The notes: generated from the letters alone by a model not told the origin. Counted from the stretch's first letter, positions 1 through 10,587 are shown. The stretch: DNA of 64,000 bases from Candidatus Parcubacteria bacterium (GCA_039795775.1 JBDKLC010000003.1:797-64796), one strand, 5' to 3'. Numbers and translations: made by a program.

Positions 1-1244
1 ACACAGCGCCTCGATCTACAGGTTTCTTTGGTCTTTTCAATAAAAAACAAAACGAACCACAAGCCACATCTACAATACAAACAATTACTCAGACAACCCC
101 AAACACTACTGTTATAGAGAAAATTCCTCGACTTCGAAAAATAACATCAGAACCCGTTGCTGGAGCAGACTATGTTATCAAAGATGTCATTGCTACTTCT
201 ACAGAAGCGGCGAGCACAACAGCAAAAAAAACACCTAAAGTTATAACAAAAAGAGAGGTTATTCGATGGATGGAGAGAGGAACTGGAAATATCTTTGAAA
301 CAGCGACATCAAGTCTTTCTAATGCTCGAATCTCAAATACAACTATTTCTCAAATTCAGGAGGCATATTTTACAGACAAAGGTGACACTGTTATTTATAG
401 AAAATTAGTATCCAATACAGACACAATCGAGACTCGATTTGGAAAAATGCAGCTCATAACCCCAACATCGACAATCCAATCACTTACAACCAGTGGTTTA
501 CCTATTAATATTTCATATCTTTCTCTTTCACCTGATAAAACAAAGATATTTGCAATAAATAATGACGGGGCACGAGGTGTTATCTCACGAACAGATGGAT
601 CAAGTAAAACAACTGTCTACGACTCAGTATATAAAGAATGGCTAACGGAATGGCCTACTTCAAATGGCATTATAATGACGACTAAGCCATCTGGAACAAC
701 AGAGGGGTATTCTTATCTATTTAACCCAGAAACACGTTCTTTCGTTAAAATATTGGGAAATAAGCTAGGTCTTACAACACTCGCATCTCCTGATACAAAT
801 AAAATACTCTTCTCTGAACTTGTTCAAGGGGCATATCAACTCAACACATTTGATAGAAAGACAAATAAAACAGTAAGCCTCTTCCTTAAGACATTCCCTG
901 AAAAATGCGTATGGAGTAAGCTCGAAAAAGACATTGTATTCTGTGCTGTACCAGAGAACATGCCGTACTCAACATATCCAGATACTTGGTATCAAGGAAG
1001 AATCGCTTTTGCTGACAATATCTGGAGAATTAACGCTAGTACAGGTGAAACCCGACAGATTCTCAAGTCTTTTGATGAAGCAGATGATGCTCTCGATATG
1101 ACTTACCTTACTCTTAGTGCAAAAGAAGACTCACTTCTCTTCCGAAATAAGAATGACCTCTCTCTCTGGAGTTATCAGATCAAACTACCAGAACCAAAAG
1201 CGGCTACAAGCACTTCAGCAACGACAACTACTCCAAAAAGATAA
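1..1244 (+). CDS. 5'-truncated hypothetical exported protein (Thr-rich linker, beta-propeller/TolB-like C-terminal part)
   Basis: Frame of the 270..1244 ORF stays open back to the window start; Thr/Ser-rich linker, repeated SPD..KI and W..x..G blade-like motifs. Confidence 0.55.
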   Translation, partial: TAPRSTGFFGLFNKKQNEPQATSTIQTITQTTPNTTVIEKIPRLRKITSEPVAGADYVIKDVIATSTEAASTTAKKTPKVITKREVIRWMERGTGNIFETATSSLSNARISNTTISQIQEAYFTDKGDTVIYRKLVSNTDTIETRFGKMQLITPTSTIQSLTTSGLPINISYLSLSPDKTKIFAINNDGARGVISRTDGSSKTTVYDSVYKEWLTEWPTSNGIIMTTKPSGTTEGYSYLFNPETRSFVKILGNKLGLTTLASPDTNKILFSELVQGAYQLNTFDRKTNKTVSLFLKTFPEKCVWSKLEKDIVFCAVPENMPYSTYPDTWYQGRIAFADNIWRINASTGETRQILKSFDEADDALDMTYLTLSAKEDSLLFRNKNDLSLWSYQIKLPEPKAATSTSATTTTPKR

Positions 1245-1260
1245 AGAAAAAGTGCTTATA

Positions 1261-1992
1261 TTAAGCCTTCTTTTCAGCTTTAACTGTCTTTCGGAAGTAA
1301 AGTTCCTGACCAATAGTAAAGATGTTACTTGTGATCCAGTAAAGTGACACCGCACCTGATACACCAAGAGAGATAAAGAATACAAACACAGGCATGATAT
1401 ATCGCATCTGCATGTTCATACTCTTTGCGAGATCATCCTTGAATGATGGCTTATCTGAAGTAGGTACATGTGGAGGAATAGAAAGTCGAACAGAGATAAA
1501 CTGTGAAATACCAGCAAGAACGCCAAGAATAATACTCTTTTTACTCACATCAATGAGTCCAAGGAAGATTGTGTTGATAACATCTGGCTTTGGTACGAAT
1601 GAATACAAGAGATCAAGCTGAATGGCCGGAAAACCTCCACCGTAAAATATAAAGGCAAGTGCTAAAATGATAGGGAGTTGAATCAACACGAGGAGAATTC
1701 CGGCAAATGGGTTGAGATTGTTTGACCGGTAGAACTGCAAGATCTGCCGAGCCTGCTCTTCTTTATTATCTTTGTACTGATTTTGAATTCTATTGAGTTC
1801 TGGCTGAAGTTCTCGCATCTTTATCTGAGTTCGTACAGACCCTTTTGAAAGAGGGAGGAGAATAAGCTTCACAATACATGTAAAAATGATTACAGCGAAG
1901 CCAATATCTCCACCAGGGAGCTTATCAATAAGCAAAACAAGACCGTTATATAGTGGATCGTATACTACTGAATGAAAAAGTGATGAAATCAT
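1261..1992 (-). CDS. yidC: Membrane protein insertase YidC/Oxa1
   Basis: LQPELNRIQ..YKD, NPFAGIL..LIQLPI and SLYWITSN motifs; canonical rpmH-rnpA-yidC synteny. Confidence 0.95.
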   Translation of the reverse strand: MISSLFHSVVYDPLYNGLVLLIDKLPGGDIGFAVIIFTCIVKLILLPLSKGSVRTQIKMRELQPELNRIQNQYKDNKEEQARQILQFYRSNNLNPFAGILLVLIQLPIILALAFIFYGGGFPAIQLDLLYSFVPKPDVINTIFLGLIDVSKKSIILGVLAGISQFISVRLSIPPHVPTSDKPSFKDDLAKSMNMQMRYIMPVFVFFISLGVSGAVSLYWITSNIFTIGQELYFRKTVKAEKKA

Positions 1993-2019
1993 ATGTTGAT
2001 GTTTGTAATTGAGGCTAAA

Positions 2020-2382
2020 TTATACAGTAATTATGCCGTTTTTTGTTAATACTTGTTCCATTTCTTCCAAAAGGTCTGCAAAATCTCTCTGAATAATCGG
2101 TGGTCTGAACAAAAAGGCTATACTAAGCCCTTTTTCGAAAGGTTTCTTTCTTTGGAGCGCTGTGACTAACGCTCTGCCTGTTCTTTTTGCTTTATTACGT
2201 ACGACAGCTGTTTTAAAGAGCTTTTTTGGAGCAACATAGGCCACTTTTGATGGCTCAGTTGAGCTGTTTTTTAATAATTTAAGCAAAAAAGAGCCGGATT
2301 GAATGGCTCTTCCTTGTGACATTACCCGAGCTACCCCTTGGGTATCGAGTCTCTGTGCTTTTGTAGCAATGTCGGCTGACAT
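2020..2382 (-). CDS. rnpA: Ribonuclease P protein component
   Basis: KK..KTAVVRNKAKR (RNR-like motif); lies between rpmH and yidC. Confidence 0.9.
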   Translation of the reverse strand: MSADIATKAQRLDTQGVARVMSQGRAIQSGSFLLKLLKNSSTEPSKVAYVAPKKLFKTAVVRNKAKRTGRALVTALQRKKPFEKGLSIAFLFRPPIIQRDFADLLEEMEQVLTKNGIITV

Positions 2383-2403
2383 GACGGCGTAAATAAGGCA
2401 GTG

Positions 2404-2541
2404 TTAAACTGTACTTAACTTCTTTCGTCCTTTTTGTCGTCGAGTTTTAAGAACTCGCTTTCCTCCGTGTGTTTTAGACCGAGAGAGGAATCCGTGCTTC
2501 TTTGCTCGCTTTCGCTTCTTAGGTTGATATGTAATTGACAT
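2404..2541 (-). CDS. rpmH: 50S ribosomal protein L34 (not in ORF track)
   Basis: Manual translation [45 protein letters not shown]. Confidence 0.97.
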   Translation of the reverse strand: MSITYQPKKRKRAKKHGFLSRSKTHGGKRVLKTRRQKGRKKLSTV

Positions 2542-2600
2542 AGTGAAACTATATTAGCGTAAATTACAATTTTTATCAATGTTTTAGTCGTTTCTTCTTT

Positions 2601-2629
2601 TTATCCACACTTTCCACATGTTATCAACA
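2601..2629 (+). promoter_or_regulatory. DnaA-box cluster upstream of dnaA (oriC part 1)
   Basis: TTATCCACA (2601), CTTTCCACA (2610), TTATCAACA (2621). Confidence 0.85.
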
Positions 2630-2688
2630 TAGTTATAGAAGGACCGCAAGTTCTCTTAAAAATTTATGCAGATTATAATGTTCTCAAC

Positions 2689-4023
2689 ATGGACAGCAAA
2701 AAATTGTGGGACACAGTATTGGTTCAGATGGAACTCGAAGTATCTCGAGCAAATTTCAATACCTGGTTTAAAGATACCTACATTCAAAAATTGGATGGGG
2801 GAGTAGTTTATCTCGCCGTACCGAGTACATTCGTCAAAGATTGGCTCTCAACAAAGTTCCACAAGTCTATTCTTCAAGCTCTTCGTAACGTAGCAGAAGG
2901 AGTTCGAGCTCTTGAGTATGTTATATCTCAACAAAATAAGAAAAAAGAAGATATCGTCGTAGATATTCCAACATCAAACAAAGAACTTCCCCTCACAGCA
3001 CTCTTCATCAACCCAGAAGACAACCTCAACCCACGATATACATTCGAAACTATCGTTGTAGGTCCTTTCAACGAGCTTGCATACGCAGCAGCACAAGCTA
3101 TCTTGAAGAAACCAGTAGCGTACAACCCTCTTTTCTTCTACGGCAATACAGGCCTTGGTAAAACTCACCTTATGCAGGCAGTAGGGAACTATCACAAGAA
3201 CCACAACAAGGAGAAAAAGATCCACTATGTGACATCTGAGAAGTTTACTATCGACTACATCAACGCAGTTCAGGCAAACAAAGTGAATCACTTCAAAGAA
3301 AAGTATCGAAAATACGATATTTTCATCATGGATGACATCCAGTTCCTTTCAAATAAGGAAAAAACTCAAGAAGAACTCTTCCATTTGTTCAACTATCTTT
3401 ACGATAACAACAAACAGATCATCTTTTCTTCAGATGTACACCCAAACTACCTCCAAAACCTCGAAGATCGTCTCAAATCTCGATTTATGCAGGGTATGAT
3501 TGTTGATATTTCACCTGTAGATGTAGAATCTCGAATCGCTATTCTCCAAGCCAAGTCAAAACTCAACAACTTCGACCTTTCTCAAGAGGTGGGGTACTTT
3601 CTTGCGTCTACAGTAGAAGGAAGTATTCGAGAACTTGAAGGAGTACTCAATACTATTGTCTGCCAGACACAACTTAAAGGAAAAGATCTCAGTGTTGCAG
3701 AAGTAAAACAACTCACAAAGAATTCAGCTAAACCTCACAAGAACGTTTCTGTGAAAGATGTAGTAAAAGCTGTGGCTTCTTTCTACAATATCGACGAAGC
3801 AAGTATTTACGACAAAACACGACGACAGGAAGTAGTAAAACCTCGACAACTTACTATGTATATCCTTCGAGAGGACTTCAATGTTTCTTTCCCTTCTATC
3901 GGACAAAAACTCGGTGGCCGAGATCATACGACTGTTATTCACTCTTGTGAAAAGATCAAAAATGAGATAAAGAACAACAGTGAGTTGATAGGAGAAATAA
4001 ACCAGATTAGAGCTTTGATATAA
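2689..4023 (+). CDS. dnaA: Chromosomal replication initiator DnaA
   Basis: YNPLFFYGNTGLGKTHL Walker A, DDIQFL, GGRDHTTVIHS domain IV. Confidence 0.99.
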   Translation: MDSKKLWDTVLVQMELEVSRANFNTWFKDTYIQKLDGGVVYLAVPSTFVKDWLSTKFHKSILQALRNVAEGVRALEYVISQQNKKKEDIVVDIPTSNKELPLTALFINPEDNLNPRYTFETIVVGPFNELAYAAAQAILKKPVAYNPLFFYGNTGLGKTHLMQAVGNYHKNHNKEKKIHYVTSEKFTIDYINAVQANKVNHFKEKYRKYDIFIMDDIQFLSNKEKTQEELFHLFNYLYDNNKQIIFSSDVHPNYLQNLEDRLKSRFMQGMIVDISPVDVESRIAILQAKSKLNNFDLSQEVGYFLASTVEGSIRELEGVLNTIVCQTQLKGKDLSVAEVKQLTKNSAKPHKNVSVKDVVKAVASFYNIDEASIYDKTRRQEVVKPRQLTMYILREDFNVSFPSIGQKLGGRDHTTVIHSCEKIKNEIKNNSELIGEINQIRALI

Positions 4024-4311
4024 AGGACTGTGGAAAACTCTGTGGATATGTGTGTAAAACCTTGGGATATCTATCTAACAAGATAGGGATATCCTAGGGA
4101 TAGTGTGGGTAAATAGTGTTGAAAAATAAGGGGTTATACACACCCCACCACTTATCCCCATATCTGACTCACTCTTCACCCACAGATTGTTTACGGATAA
4201 AATAGAGAAAACCCTTTATTCCATAAGGATATAAAAAGTATTCCACATATCCACAGGCCTAATAGTAGTAATGCGGCGGTTTTAAATAAAAAATTAATTA
4301 ATTATAAAGAT
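4024..4311. promoter_or_regulatory. oriC part 2: DnaA boxes, DnaA-trio-like unwinding site and AT-rich tract
   Basis: Many DnaA-box variants (TGTGGAAAA, TGTGGATAT, TGTGGGTAA, TTATACACA, TTATCCCCA, TATTCCACA/ATATCCACA at 4239-4255), then GGCC, TAATAGTAGTAAT and an A/T run to 4310. Confidence 0.85.
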
Positions 4312-5412
4312 ATGAAAGCTGAATGTGTTCGAGAAAAATTGGCAGAGGCTGTCCACAAAGCAGAAAAGATAACCAGTAAGAATGCAACGCTTCCTGTCTT
4401 AAAGTGTGTCCTTATAGAAGCTACATCAGAAGGTCTTATTGTCCGATCAACTAATCTTGACCTTGGTATTGAATTGTTTGTTCCTGCAAAGGTTCACGAA
4501 CAAGGTTCTGTCGCTATTCCTGGAAGTACTCTCAATAGCTTCCTTTCAAATCTTTCAAACGAAAAAGGCGTTACCCTCGAAATGAAAGAAGGTAATATGT
4601 ACGTTTCTACATCTCGAACAAGTACTACTATTAAGGCCTTCCCACTTGAAGACTATCCATCTATTCCTAAAGTTGATACTGAGTCTGGTTTTAAGATGCC
4701 CTCAGATGCCTTTATTCGAGGTTTAAAGAGCGTTTGGTATAGTTCTGCGACATCTAGTATAAAACCCGAACTTTCGAGTGTGAGAGTGTATCCTGATGAA
4801 GAACACCTCGTCTTTGTTGCAACAGATGGTTTCCGTCTCGCCGAAAAGAAAGTAAAGGTAAAACAACTCCCAGAATTCAACCATATTCTCATCCCCGTAA
4901 AGAATGCTGTAGAAATAATTCGAGTTTTTGAAGGTATAAATGCTGATATTGCTATTTCTATCGAACAAAATCAGCTTGCACTCTCTTGTGATGGTATTTA
5001 CCTTGTTTCTCGAACAGTAGAAGGTAACTTCCCAGACTATAAGGCAATTATTCCAAAAGAATTTACTACTGAAGTGATCCTTTTGAAGCAAGACCTCGTA
5101 AATACCCTTAAATTGAGCACTATTTTTAGTGATTCATTCAACCACATCAAGTTTTTGGTTCATCCAATCTCTAAAGAGATCGAATTAATCACAAAAAACA
5201 CAGAAGTTGGTGAAAACGCCTCAAAACTTACCGGTGCAATAACTGGTGACAGTCTTGATATCAACTTCAATTACAAATACATTACAGACTCATTCCAAGC
5301 CGTAGATGCAGATAGTCTTAGTTTCTCATTTAGTGGGGGTAACAAGCCTCTTATTGTGAAAGGTGTGAGTGACAAGAGTTTTCTCTATCTTGTGATGCCA
5401 ATGAATAGATAA
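4312..5412 (+). CDS. dnaN: DNA polymerase III beta clamp
   Basis: TNLDLGI, VATDGFRLA, GNFPDY, YLVMPM motifs; follows dnaA. Confidence 0.98.
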   Translation: MKAECVREKLAEAVHKAEKITSKNATLPVLKCVLIEATSEGLIVRSTNLDLGIELFVPAKVHEQGSVAIPGSTLNSFLSNLSNEKGVTLEMKEGNMYVSTSRTSTTIKAFPLEDYPSIPKVDTESGFKMPSDAFIRGLKSVWYSSATSSIKPELSSVRVYPDEEHLVFVATDGFRLAEKKVKVKQLPEFNHILIPVKNAVEIIRVFEGINADIAISIEQNQLALSCDGIYLVSRTVEGNFPDYKAIIPKEFTTEVILLKQDLVNTLKLSTIFSDSFNHIKFLVHPISKEIELITKNTEVGENASKLTGAITGDSLDINFNYKYITDSFQAVDADSLSFSFSGGNKPLIVKGVSDKSFLYLVMPMNR

Positions 5413-5429
5413 AGGTGTAGTATTAGGCC

Positions 5430-5690
5430 ATGCAGACGCTTGCCGATCTCCTCAAAAAGTTTAAAGAAATGCGCGATCCTGCGGAGGATAAGGGTATTAT
5501 TCAAAATTTGATTAAAGAAGTTTCAGGGGCAACAGTTCCCGTAGCAGACATTACCTTAAGAAATAATAAAATTATTCTAAACACACACCCAGCCCTTAGA
5601 AGCGTTGTTTATACTAGAAAAAAAGAAATTCTTGAAAAGATTCAATCTCATGAAGAATTGAAAAACCGCCAGTTCACAGATATTGTGTAG
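5430..5690 (+). CDS. Small hypothetical protein, possibly DciA/DUF721-like
   Basis: 86 aa after dnaN with KH-like pattern (ILNTHPALRSVVYTRKKEILEKI); family assignment is inference. Confidence 0.4.
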   Translation: MQTLADLLKKFKEMRDPAEDKGIIQNLIKEVSGATVPVADITLRNNKIILNTHPALRSVVYTRKKEILEKIQSHEELKNRQFTDIV

Positions 5691-5721
5691 GCGGTTTTTC
5701 TTTATCAGAATTTATAGGTAA

Positions 5722-8268
5722 CTATTGAGAATTTGTTTGGTTTGGATTTGTTGATGTTCCTGTTGGATTTCCCGTTGGAACTGTTGCTGTGAAGTTTATA
5801 CCTGATTCATATCTCAGTCCTTTTGTATCTATACCAATAGCTCTAAGAACGTTTTGTGTTGATACACCGGGAGTATCAGCAGGTATGAATGAGAAAGAGA
5901 AGGGAGCTTGTGATGATGTACCAATCATGTTTCCGTTGATATAGAACTCAACACGGCTCAACGTTGATGGAGCGTTTGCAATACTTATTGTTACTCGATC
6001 GCCACGTCGTATTGATGAACCTTTTGTAGGGTAGGCGATAGAGAAACCACTTGTCCCACCCGTACCAGGTATTTGAATTACTGTAGATGTACCAACTGCA
6101 TTCTGGATAAGTGCAGCCGCAGCAGGACTACCAGCCCAATTGAGTACACCATATTCCCAAAGTCTAAACTGTACATCTGCAGATGGATTAGTTGGAGGAT
6201 TTCCTTTTGTATTACTTTTATCAATCCAATAGAGTTCAGAGTGAACTTCGCCATTTGCACCATACCATTTTCCATTGAGATATGGATTTACATCTGTTGG
6301 ATTTTTATCTGGAGCTTCAAATTTTTCTTCAGGATATTTTTCAAGAATATAATCCATAAATTCTTTCCACATTGGTGCTACTATTCGAGCTGACGCAAGT
6401 TGGGCCATCGGTTTGTTGTTGTTGTTTCCCATCCATGCACCCACAGAAATGCTCGGTGTGTAACCAAGAATCCATGCATCGCGTGAGTTGTTTGTTGTAC
6501 CTGTTTTGATAGCAACTTCTCTGTCGCCAGTATATCGAAGTGTAAAGATTGTGTTTCGAGCGTAGATATCTGACAACACATCATTCATAAGTCTGGCAGA
6601 TTGAGTAGGGAGTACTTGTACAGAAGATGTGGCGAATTCTTCAAGTACTTCACCTTTACTTGTTTCTACTTTGAGGATCCCTGTATTTTTGTTTCTGTAC
6701 CCATCATTTGCGAATACACCATATGCTCCAGTCATATCAAGGAGTGAAACTTCACCACCTCCAAGAACAAGAGTGAGACCATACTGATTTGCGTTTGTAA
6801 GACTTTCAATTCCCATTGCTCGTGCTGTTCGAATAGCATTATCGATTCCTACGAGATAAAGCATTTTTACAGCAGGTACGTTTCGAGATTCTGCGAGAGC
6901 TTTTCGAATACTCATAGGTCCTTTGAAACCACCTTCGTAGTTCTGTGGACTATAACATCGTGCTCCTGTAGCTGGTTCTGCACCTGTAACACTACAAGAT
7001 GTGTTGAATTCAGTCGCAACATCGAAGAGAACTGTTTCTGGTGTGTATCCCAAATTGAAACCTGTAGCATATACGAATGGTTTGAAAGATGAACCCGGCT
7101 GTCTGTGTGCTGTTGTCACATTGAAGTTACCCTGAATTTCTGTGTCAAAATAATCTCGAGAACCTACCATTACAAGAATTTGTCCTGTCTTTGGATCAAC
7201 TGCTGAGAGAGCTCCGTTGTCTGCTTTGAATGTTTTTTCATTCTTTGTTACATAATTCTTTACAACTTCTTCAGCTTTCTTTTGAAGATCATAATCAAGA
7301 GATGTAATTACTTTAAAGCCACCAGTTTGAAGCATTCGTTCGCCATATTTTTCTTCAAGATAATCTTTGATGTACATCACAAAATGAGGTGCTTTGATAC
7401 TTCCAACAGATCGAGGTTGAAATGTAACTTCTTCTTTGAGAGCTGTATTGTATTGTTCTTCAGTAATATATTTGTACTCAAACATTTTTTTAAGTACAAG
7501 ATTCTTTCGGTCAACTAAATCTGAAACGTGTTTTCCGTAAGGGGAGTAATAAGAAGGGGCTTGAGGAATAGCGGCTAGATATGCAGATTCTGCGAGTGTG
7601 AGATCCGCAGATTTTTTTGCAAAGAAAAGAGAACTTGCTTCTTCGACACCATAAATATTTCCACCGTAAGGTGAGTCATTAAGATAGAGATTAAGAATTT
7701 CATCTTTTTCAACAACCTGCTCGAGTTTGATGGCAAGAATCCACTCTTTTAATTTTCGAGAAATTCTTTTGTCTGTTGTGAGAAGTGAGTTTTTTACAAC
7801 TTGCTGTGTGATTGTTGATCCACCTTGACTAAACTTGAGAGTAAAAAGGTTTGCAAGAATCGCTCGGGCAATTGATTTTGGTTTAATGCCTTTGTGCTGA
7901 TAGAAATCAGCATCTTCAATTGAAATAGTTGCTTGTTTGACGAAAGGAGAAATTTTGTCGAAAGATACAGTGGTTCGTCGTACCTTTTGACTCAAATCGT
8001 ACAAAAGAACAGTTCCTGTACGGTCATAAATTTTTGCAGATTGACCGAGAAGTCTGTCATCAAATGAGTTGAGGTCTGGTGTTTTTAATGTTACTGCCCA
8101 CAAAAGTAAAGCAGAGAAAAGAAATACACCACCAACAACACAAATAAGAACAGTATCCCTGATAATGAGTTTTCGTTCTTTGGGATTCCGCAAACCAGCC
8201 ATAATTCTCTTAAAAATTCGGAAAATCCAGTTCCCAATACCGTCCACTTTTTGAATGAACCACTTCAT
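5722..8268 (-). CDS. Class A penicillin-binding protein (transglycosylase/transpeptidase) with C-terminal Ig-like domain
   Basis: EDADFYQHKG, GGSTITQQ, RKLKE; QPGSSFKP (SxxK), SRN, KTGT; C-terminal VEFYING...APFSFSF. Confidence 0.95.
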   Translation of the reverse strand: MKWFIQKVDGIGNWIFRIFKRIMAGLRNPKERKLIIRDTVLICVVGGVFLFSALLLWAVTLKTPDLNSFDDRLLGQSAKIYDRTGTVLLYDLSQKVRRTTVSFDKISPFVKQATISIEDADFYQHKGIKPKSIARAILANLFTLKFSQGGSTITQQVVKNSLLTTDKRISRKLKEWILAIKLEQVVEKDEILNLYLNDSPYGGNIYGVEEASSLFFAKKSADLTLAESAYLAAIPQAPSYYSPYGKHVSDLVDRKNLVLKKMFEYKYITEEQYNTALKEEVTFQPRSVGSIKAPHFVMYIKDYLEEKYGERMLQTGGFKVITSLDYDLQKKAEEVVKNYVTKNEKTFKADNGALSAVDPKTGQILVMVGSRDYFDTEIQGNFNVTTAHRQPGSSFKPFVYATGFNLGYTPETVLFDVATEFNTSCSVTGAEPATGARCYSPQNYEGGFKGPMSIRKALAESRNVPAVKMLYLVGIDNAIRTARAMGIESLTNANQYGLTLVLGGGEVSLLDMTGAYGVFANDGYRNKNTGILKVETSKGEVLEEFATSSVQVLPTQSARLMNDVLSDIYARNTIFTLRYTGDREVAIKTGTTNNSRDAWILGYTPSISVGAWMGNNNNKPMAQLASARIVAPMWKEFMDYILEKYPEEKFEAPDKNPTDVNPYLNGKWYGANGEVHSELYWIDKSNTKGNPPTNPSADVQFRLWEYGVLNWAGSPAAAALIQNAVGTSTVIQIPGTGGTSGFSIAYPTKGSSIRRGDRVTISIANAPSTLSRVEFYINGNMIGTSSQAPFSFSFIPADTPGVSTQNVLRAIGIDTKGLRYESGINFTATVPTGNPTGTSTNPNQTNSQ

Positions 8269-8416
8269 ACGTAGATTATTTAATTTAATTATCCTTACTT
8301 AGCCCAATCGTAGCACATAAATCATTCGCAAAGTAGCAAGCTGTTCAGTACATTTAAGGCTTATTTATAGGCACATAACATACCAAAAAAGGATGAAATA
8401 TGGTAAATTGATAATT

Positions 8417-9610
8417 ATGAATACAGAAATAGAGAAACTCCTCAAACGTGGTGTTGAAGAAATCTTCCCATCGTCTGATTTTCTTAAATCTCGGCTCGAA
8501 AAAGGCGAAAAACTTAAGATTTTTGCTGGAATCGACCCAACTGGCCCAACATTACACATTGGACATGCAATTGTCCTCCAAAAACTAAAGCAATTTCAAG
8601 ATCTTGGCCATGAGATTGTGCTTCTTATTGGTGATTTTACCGCTCAGATTGGTGACCCTACTGATAAAATGGCCACTCGAAAGGTTCTTACGGAGGCTGA
8701 TATTAAGAAGAATATGAAGCTTTATAAGGCTCAAGCTAGCCATTTTTTGCGATTTTCAGGTAAAAATAAGGCCGGTATCGTATATAACTCAGATTGGCTC
8801 AAAAAGCTCAAATTGAAGGATGTTATCGACCTCACATCTCTTATGACTGTAGAGCAGATGATGAAGCGAGATATGTTTGCTCGTCGAACAGAAGAGGGTA
8901 AGCCTGTATTTATCCATGAATTCTTGTACCCAATCATGCAGGGGTATGACAGTGTGGTTCTTAATGTTGATGTTGAAGTTGGTGGTAACGACCAAATGTT
9001 CAATATGCTTGTAGGCCGAGATTTCCAGAAAAAACTCCAAAACAAAGAAAAAGTAGCTATCACTATGAAGCTCCTTGCTGATGCTAACGGTAAAAAGATG
9101 GGCAAAACAGAAAACAACATGGTTTCACTCAATGATGAACCTGTAGATATGTTTGGAAAAATCATGAGTTGGACAGACGGCATGATCCTTCCTGGATATG
9201 AACTCTGCACAGATGTATCTGATGCAGACATTGAGTCTATCTCAAACGACCTTAAGGATTCATCAAAAAATCCTCGAGATATTAAGCTGCGACTAGCAAA
9301 GACTGTAGTAGCTCGCTACTTTGGAGAAAAGAAAGCTGAAGAATCTGAAACACAATTTATAAATACATTTAAGAAAGGAGAAATTCCTGAAGACATCCAA
9401 GAGGTAGTTGTTACAGCAGGGGAGCAACTCTCAAAAATACTTGTCGATCAAAAGATTGTTGGATCAGTAGGTGAATTCAAACGATTGGTAGGCGAAGGAG
9501 CGGTTGCGACATCAGGGGGTATTAAGGTAGAAGAATTTAATTTTCCAGTCACACAAAGCGTCACAATGAAAGTTGGAAAACGAAGATTCATTAAAATTAT
9601 CGTGAAATAA
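8417..9610 (+). CDS. tyrS: Tyrosine--tRNA ligase
   Basis: GIDPTGPTLHIGH (HIGH), KMGKT (KMSKS-like), C-terminal S4-like domain; start placed at M9 of the ORF. Confidence 0.97.
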   Translation: MNTEIEKLLKRGVEEIFPSSDFLKSRLEKGEKLKIFAGIDPTGPTLHIGHAIVLQKLKQFQDLGHEIVLLIGDFTAQIGDPTDKMATRKVLTEADIKKNMKLYKAQASHFLRFSGKNKAGIVYNSDWLKKLKLKDVIDLTSLMTVEQMMKRDMFARRTEEGKPVFIHEFLYPIMQGYDSVVLNVDVEVGGNDQMFNMLVGRDFQKKLQNKEKVAITMKLLADANGKKMGKTENNMVSLNDEPVDMFGKIMSWTDGMILPGYELCTDVSDADIESISNDLKDSSKNPRDIKLRLAKTVVARYFGEKKAEESETQFINTFKKGEIPEDIQEVVVTAGEQLSKILVDQKIVGSVGEFKRLVGEGAVATSGGIKVEEFNFPVTQSVTMKVGKRRFIKIIVK

Positions 9611-9631
9611 TTCTGAAGAAAAGATAGATAA

Positions 9632-9669
9632 TAAAGAAAAAAATCCCTCATGAGGGATTTTTTTCTTTA
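9632..9669. terminator. Bidirectional intrinsic terminator
   Basis: Perfect palindrome TAAAGAAAAAAATCCCTCA/TGAGGGATTTTTTTCTTTA between convergent genes. Confidence 0.8.
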
Positions 9670-9694
9670 AGAACTTTAATGATTAGGTAGGAGA

Positions 9695-10012
9695 CTAGTA
9701 GTCTGTTGGTTCTCCGTGTTCATCAAATTCACTATAGGGAGCTTCATCGTCGTACCCATTCAAGAAGTAATTTTTAACAATTTCTTCTTCTGCAGCATTC
9801 TCTTCTTCTTCTGTTGGTGCTGCAGTAAGTACTCCGTGTCCATGATGTCCATCAAGTTCATCTTCATGAATCTGTTCGTCATCAATTGGCTCATGGTCAT
9901 GAGCCGGAGACATTGTCCGTGGTCCTGCAGCTACAAAGTCCGGTTCTTTTTCTACTTCTTCATTTTCTTCTTCTAACGCAACTCCTGTTGGGAGGTCTAA
10001 ATCATCAGCCAT
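9695..10012 (-). CDS. Highly acidic hypothetical protein
   Basis: About one third Asp/Glu, only 3 Lys/Arg, His cluster HHGHG. Confidence 0.7.
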   Translation of the reverse strand: MADDLDLPTGVALEEENEEVEKEPDFVAAGPRTMSPAHDHEPIDDEQIHEDELDGHHGHGVLTAAPTEEEENAAEEEIVKNYFLNGYDDEAPYSEFDEHGEPTDY

Positions 10013-10080
10013 ATGTTATATGAAATATATAAAACTTGTATTTAGCCTAATATGTAACACACTGAGAAAAATATGCAAGT

Positions 10081-10587
10081 TTACGAACGTGTGGACAATT
10101 GATTTGTGACTTTATCTTTACCAAAAGCAAAAAAAGCGAGGGCTACAGCGATAGCATCATATTCGTCATCGAGTGCTTTTTTGTTTGGCATTTTGATCAA
10201 AAGTGCAACCATTTTCATCATTTGATCTTTACTACTCTTACCATCACCAGTTACGGCCAGTTTAATTTGAAGTGGATTAATTTCTTCAACAGTAAGTCCG
10301 TTAGAAGCCGCAAGATAAATGAGCATACCTCGCACTTCTGCTACTCGCATAGCAGTCTTTTGGTTATTCGAAAGAAAGAGTGTTTCAATTGCCAACGCTT
10401 CTGGAGAAAATTCAGCAATAACTCGCTCGATTTCTTTTCCAAGAGAAAGTAGTCGTTGCTCAAAGCTATCTTTTGCTGATGTACGAAGACATGCAGAGTA
10501 GAGGAGTTGTTCTTTTGATCCCGCTGTTTTTTCCAGCACAGCAATACCAAGACGTTCGTATCCGGGGTCGATGCCTAGTACTTTCAT
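10081..10587 (-). CDS. ruvC: Holliday junction resolvase RuvC
   Basis: VLGIDPG, AIE, IKLAVTGDG, DDEYDAIAVA; start at M17 of the ORF. Confidence 0.95.
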   Translation of the reverse strand: MKVLGIDPGYERLGIAVLEKTAGSKEQLLYSACLRTSAKDSFEQRLLSLGKEIERVIAEFSPEALAIETLFLSNNQKTAMRVAEVRGMLIYLAASNGLTVEEINPLQIKLAVTGDGKSSKDQMMKMVALLIKMPNKKALDDEYDAIAVALAFFAFGKDKVTNQLSTRS

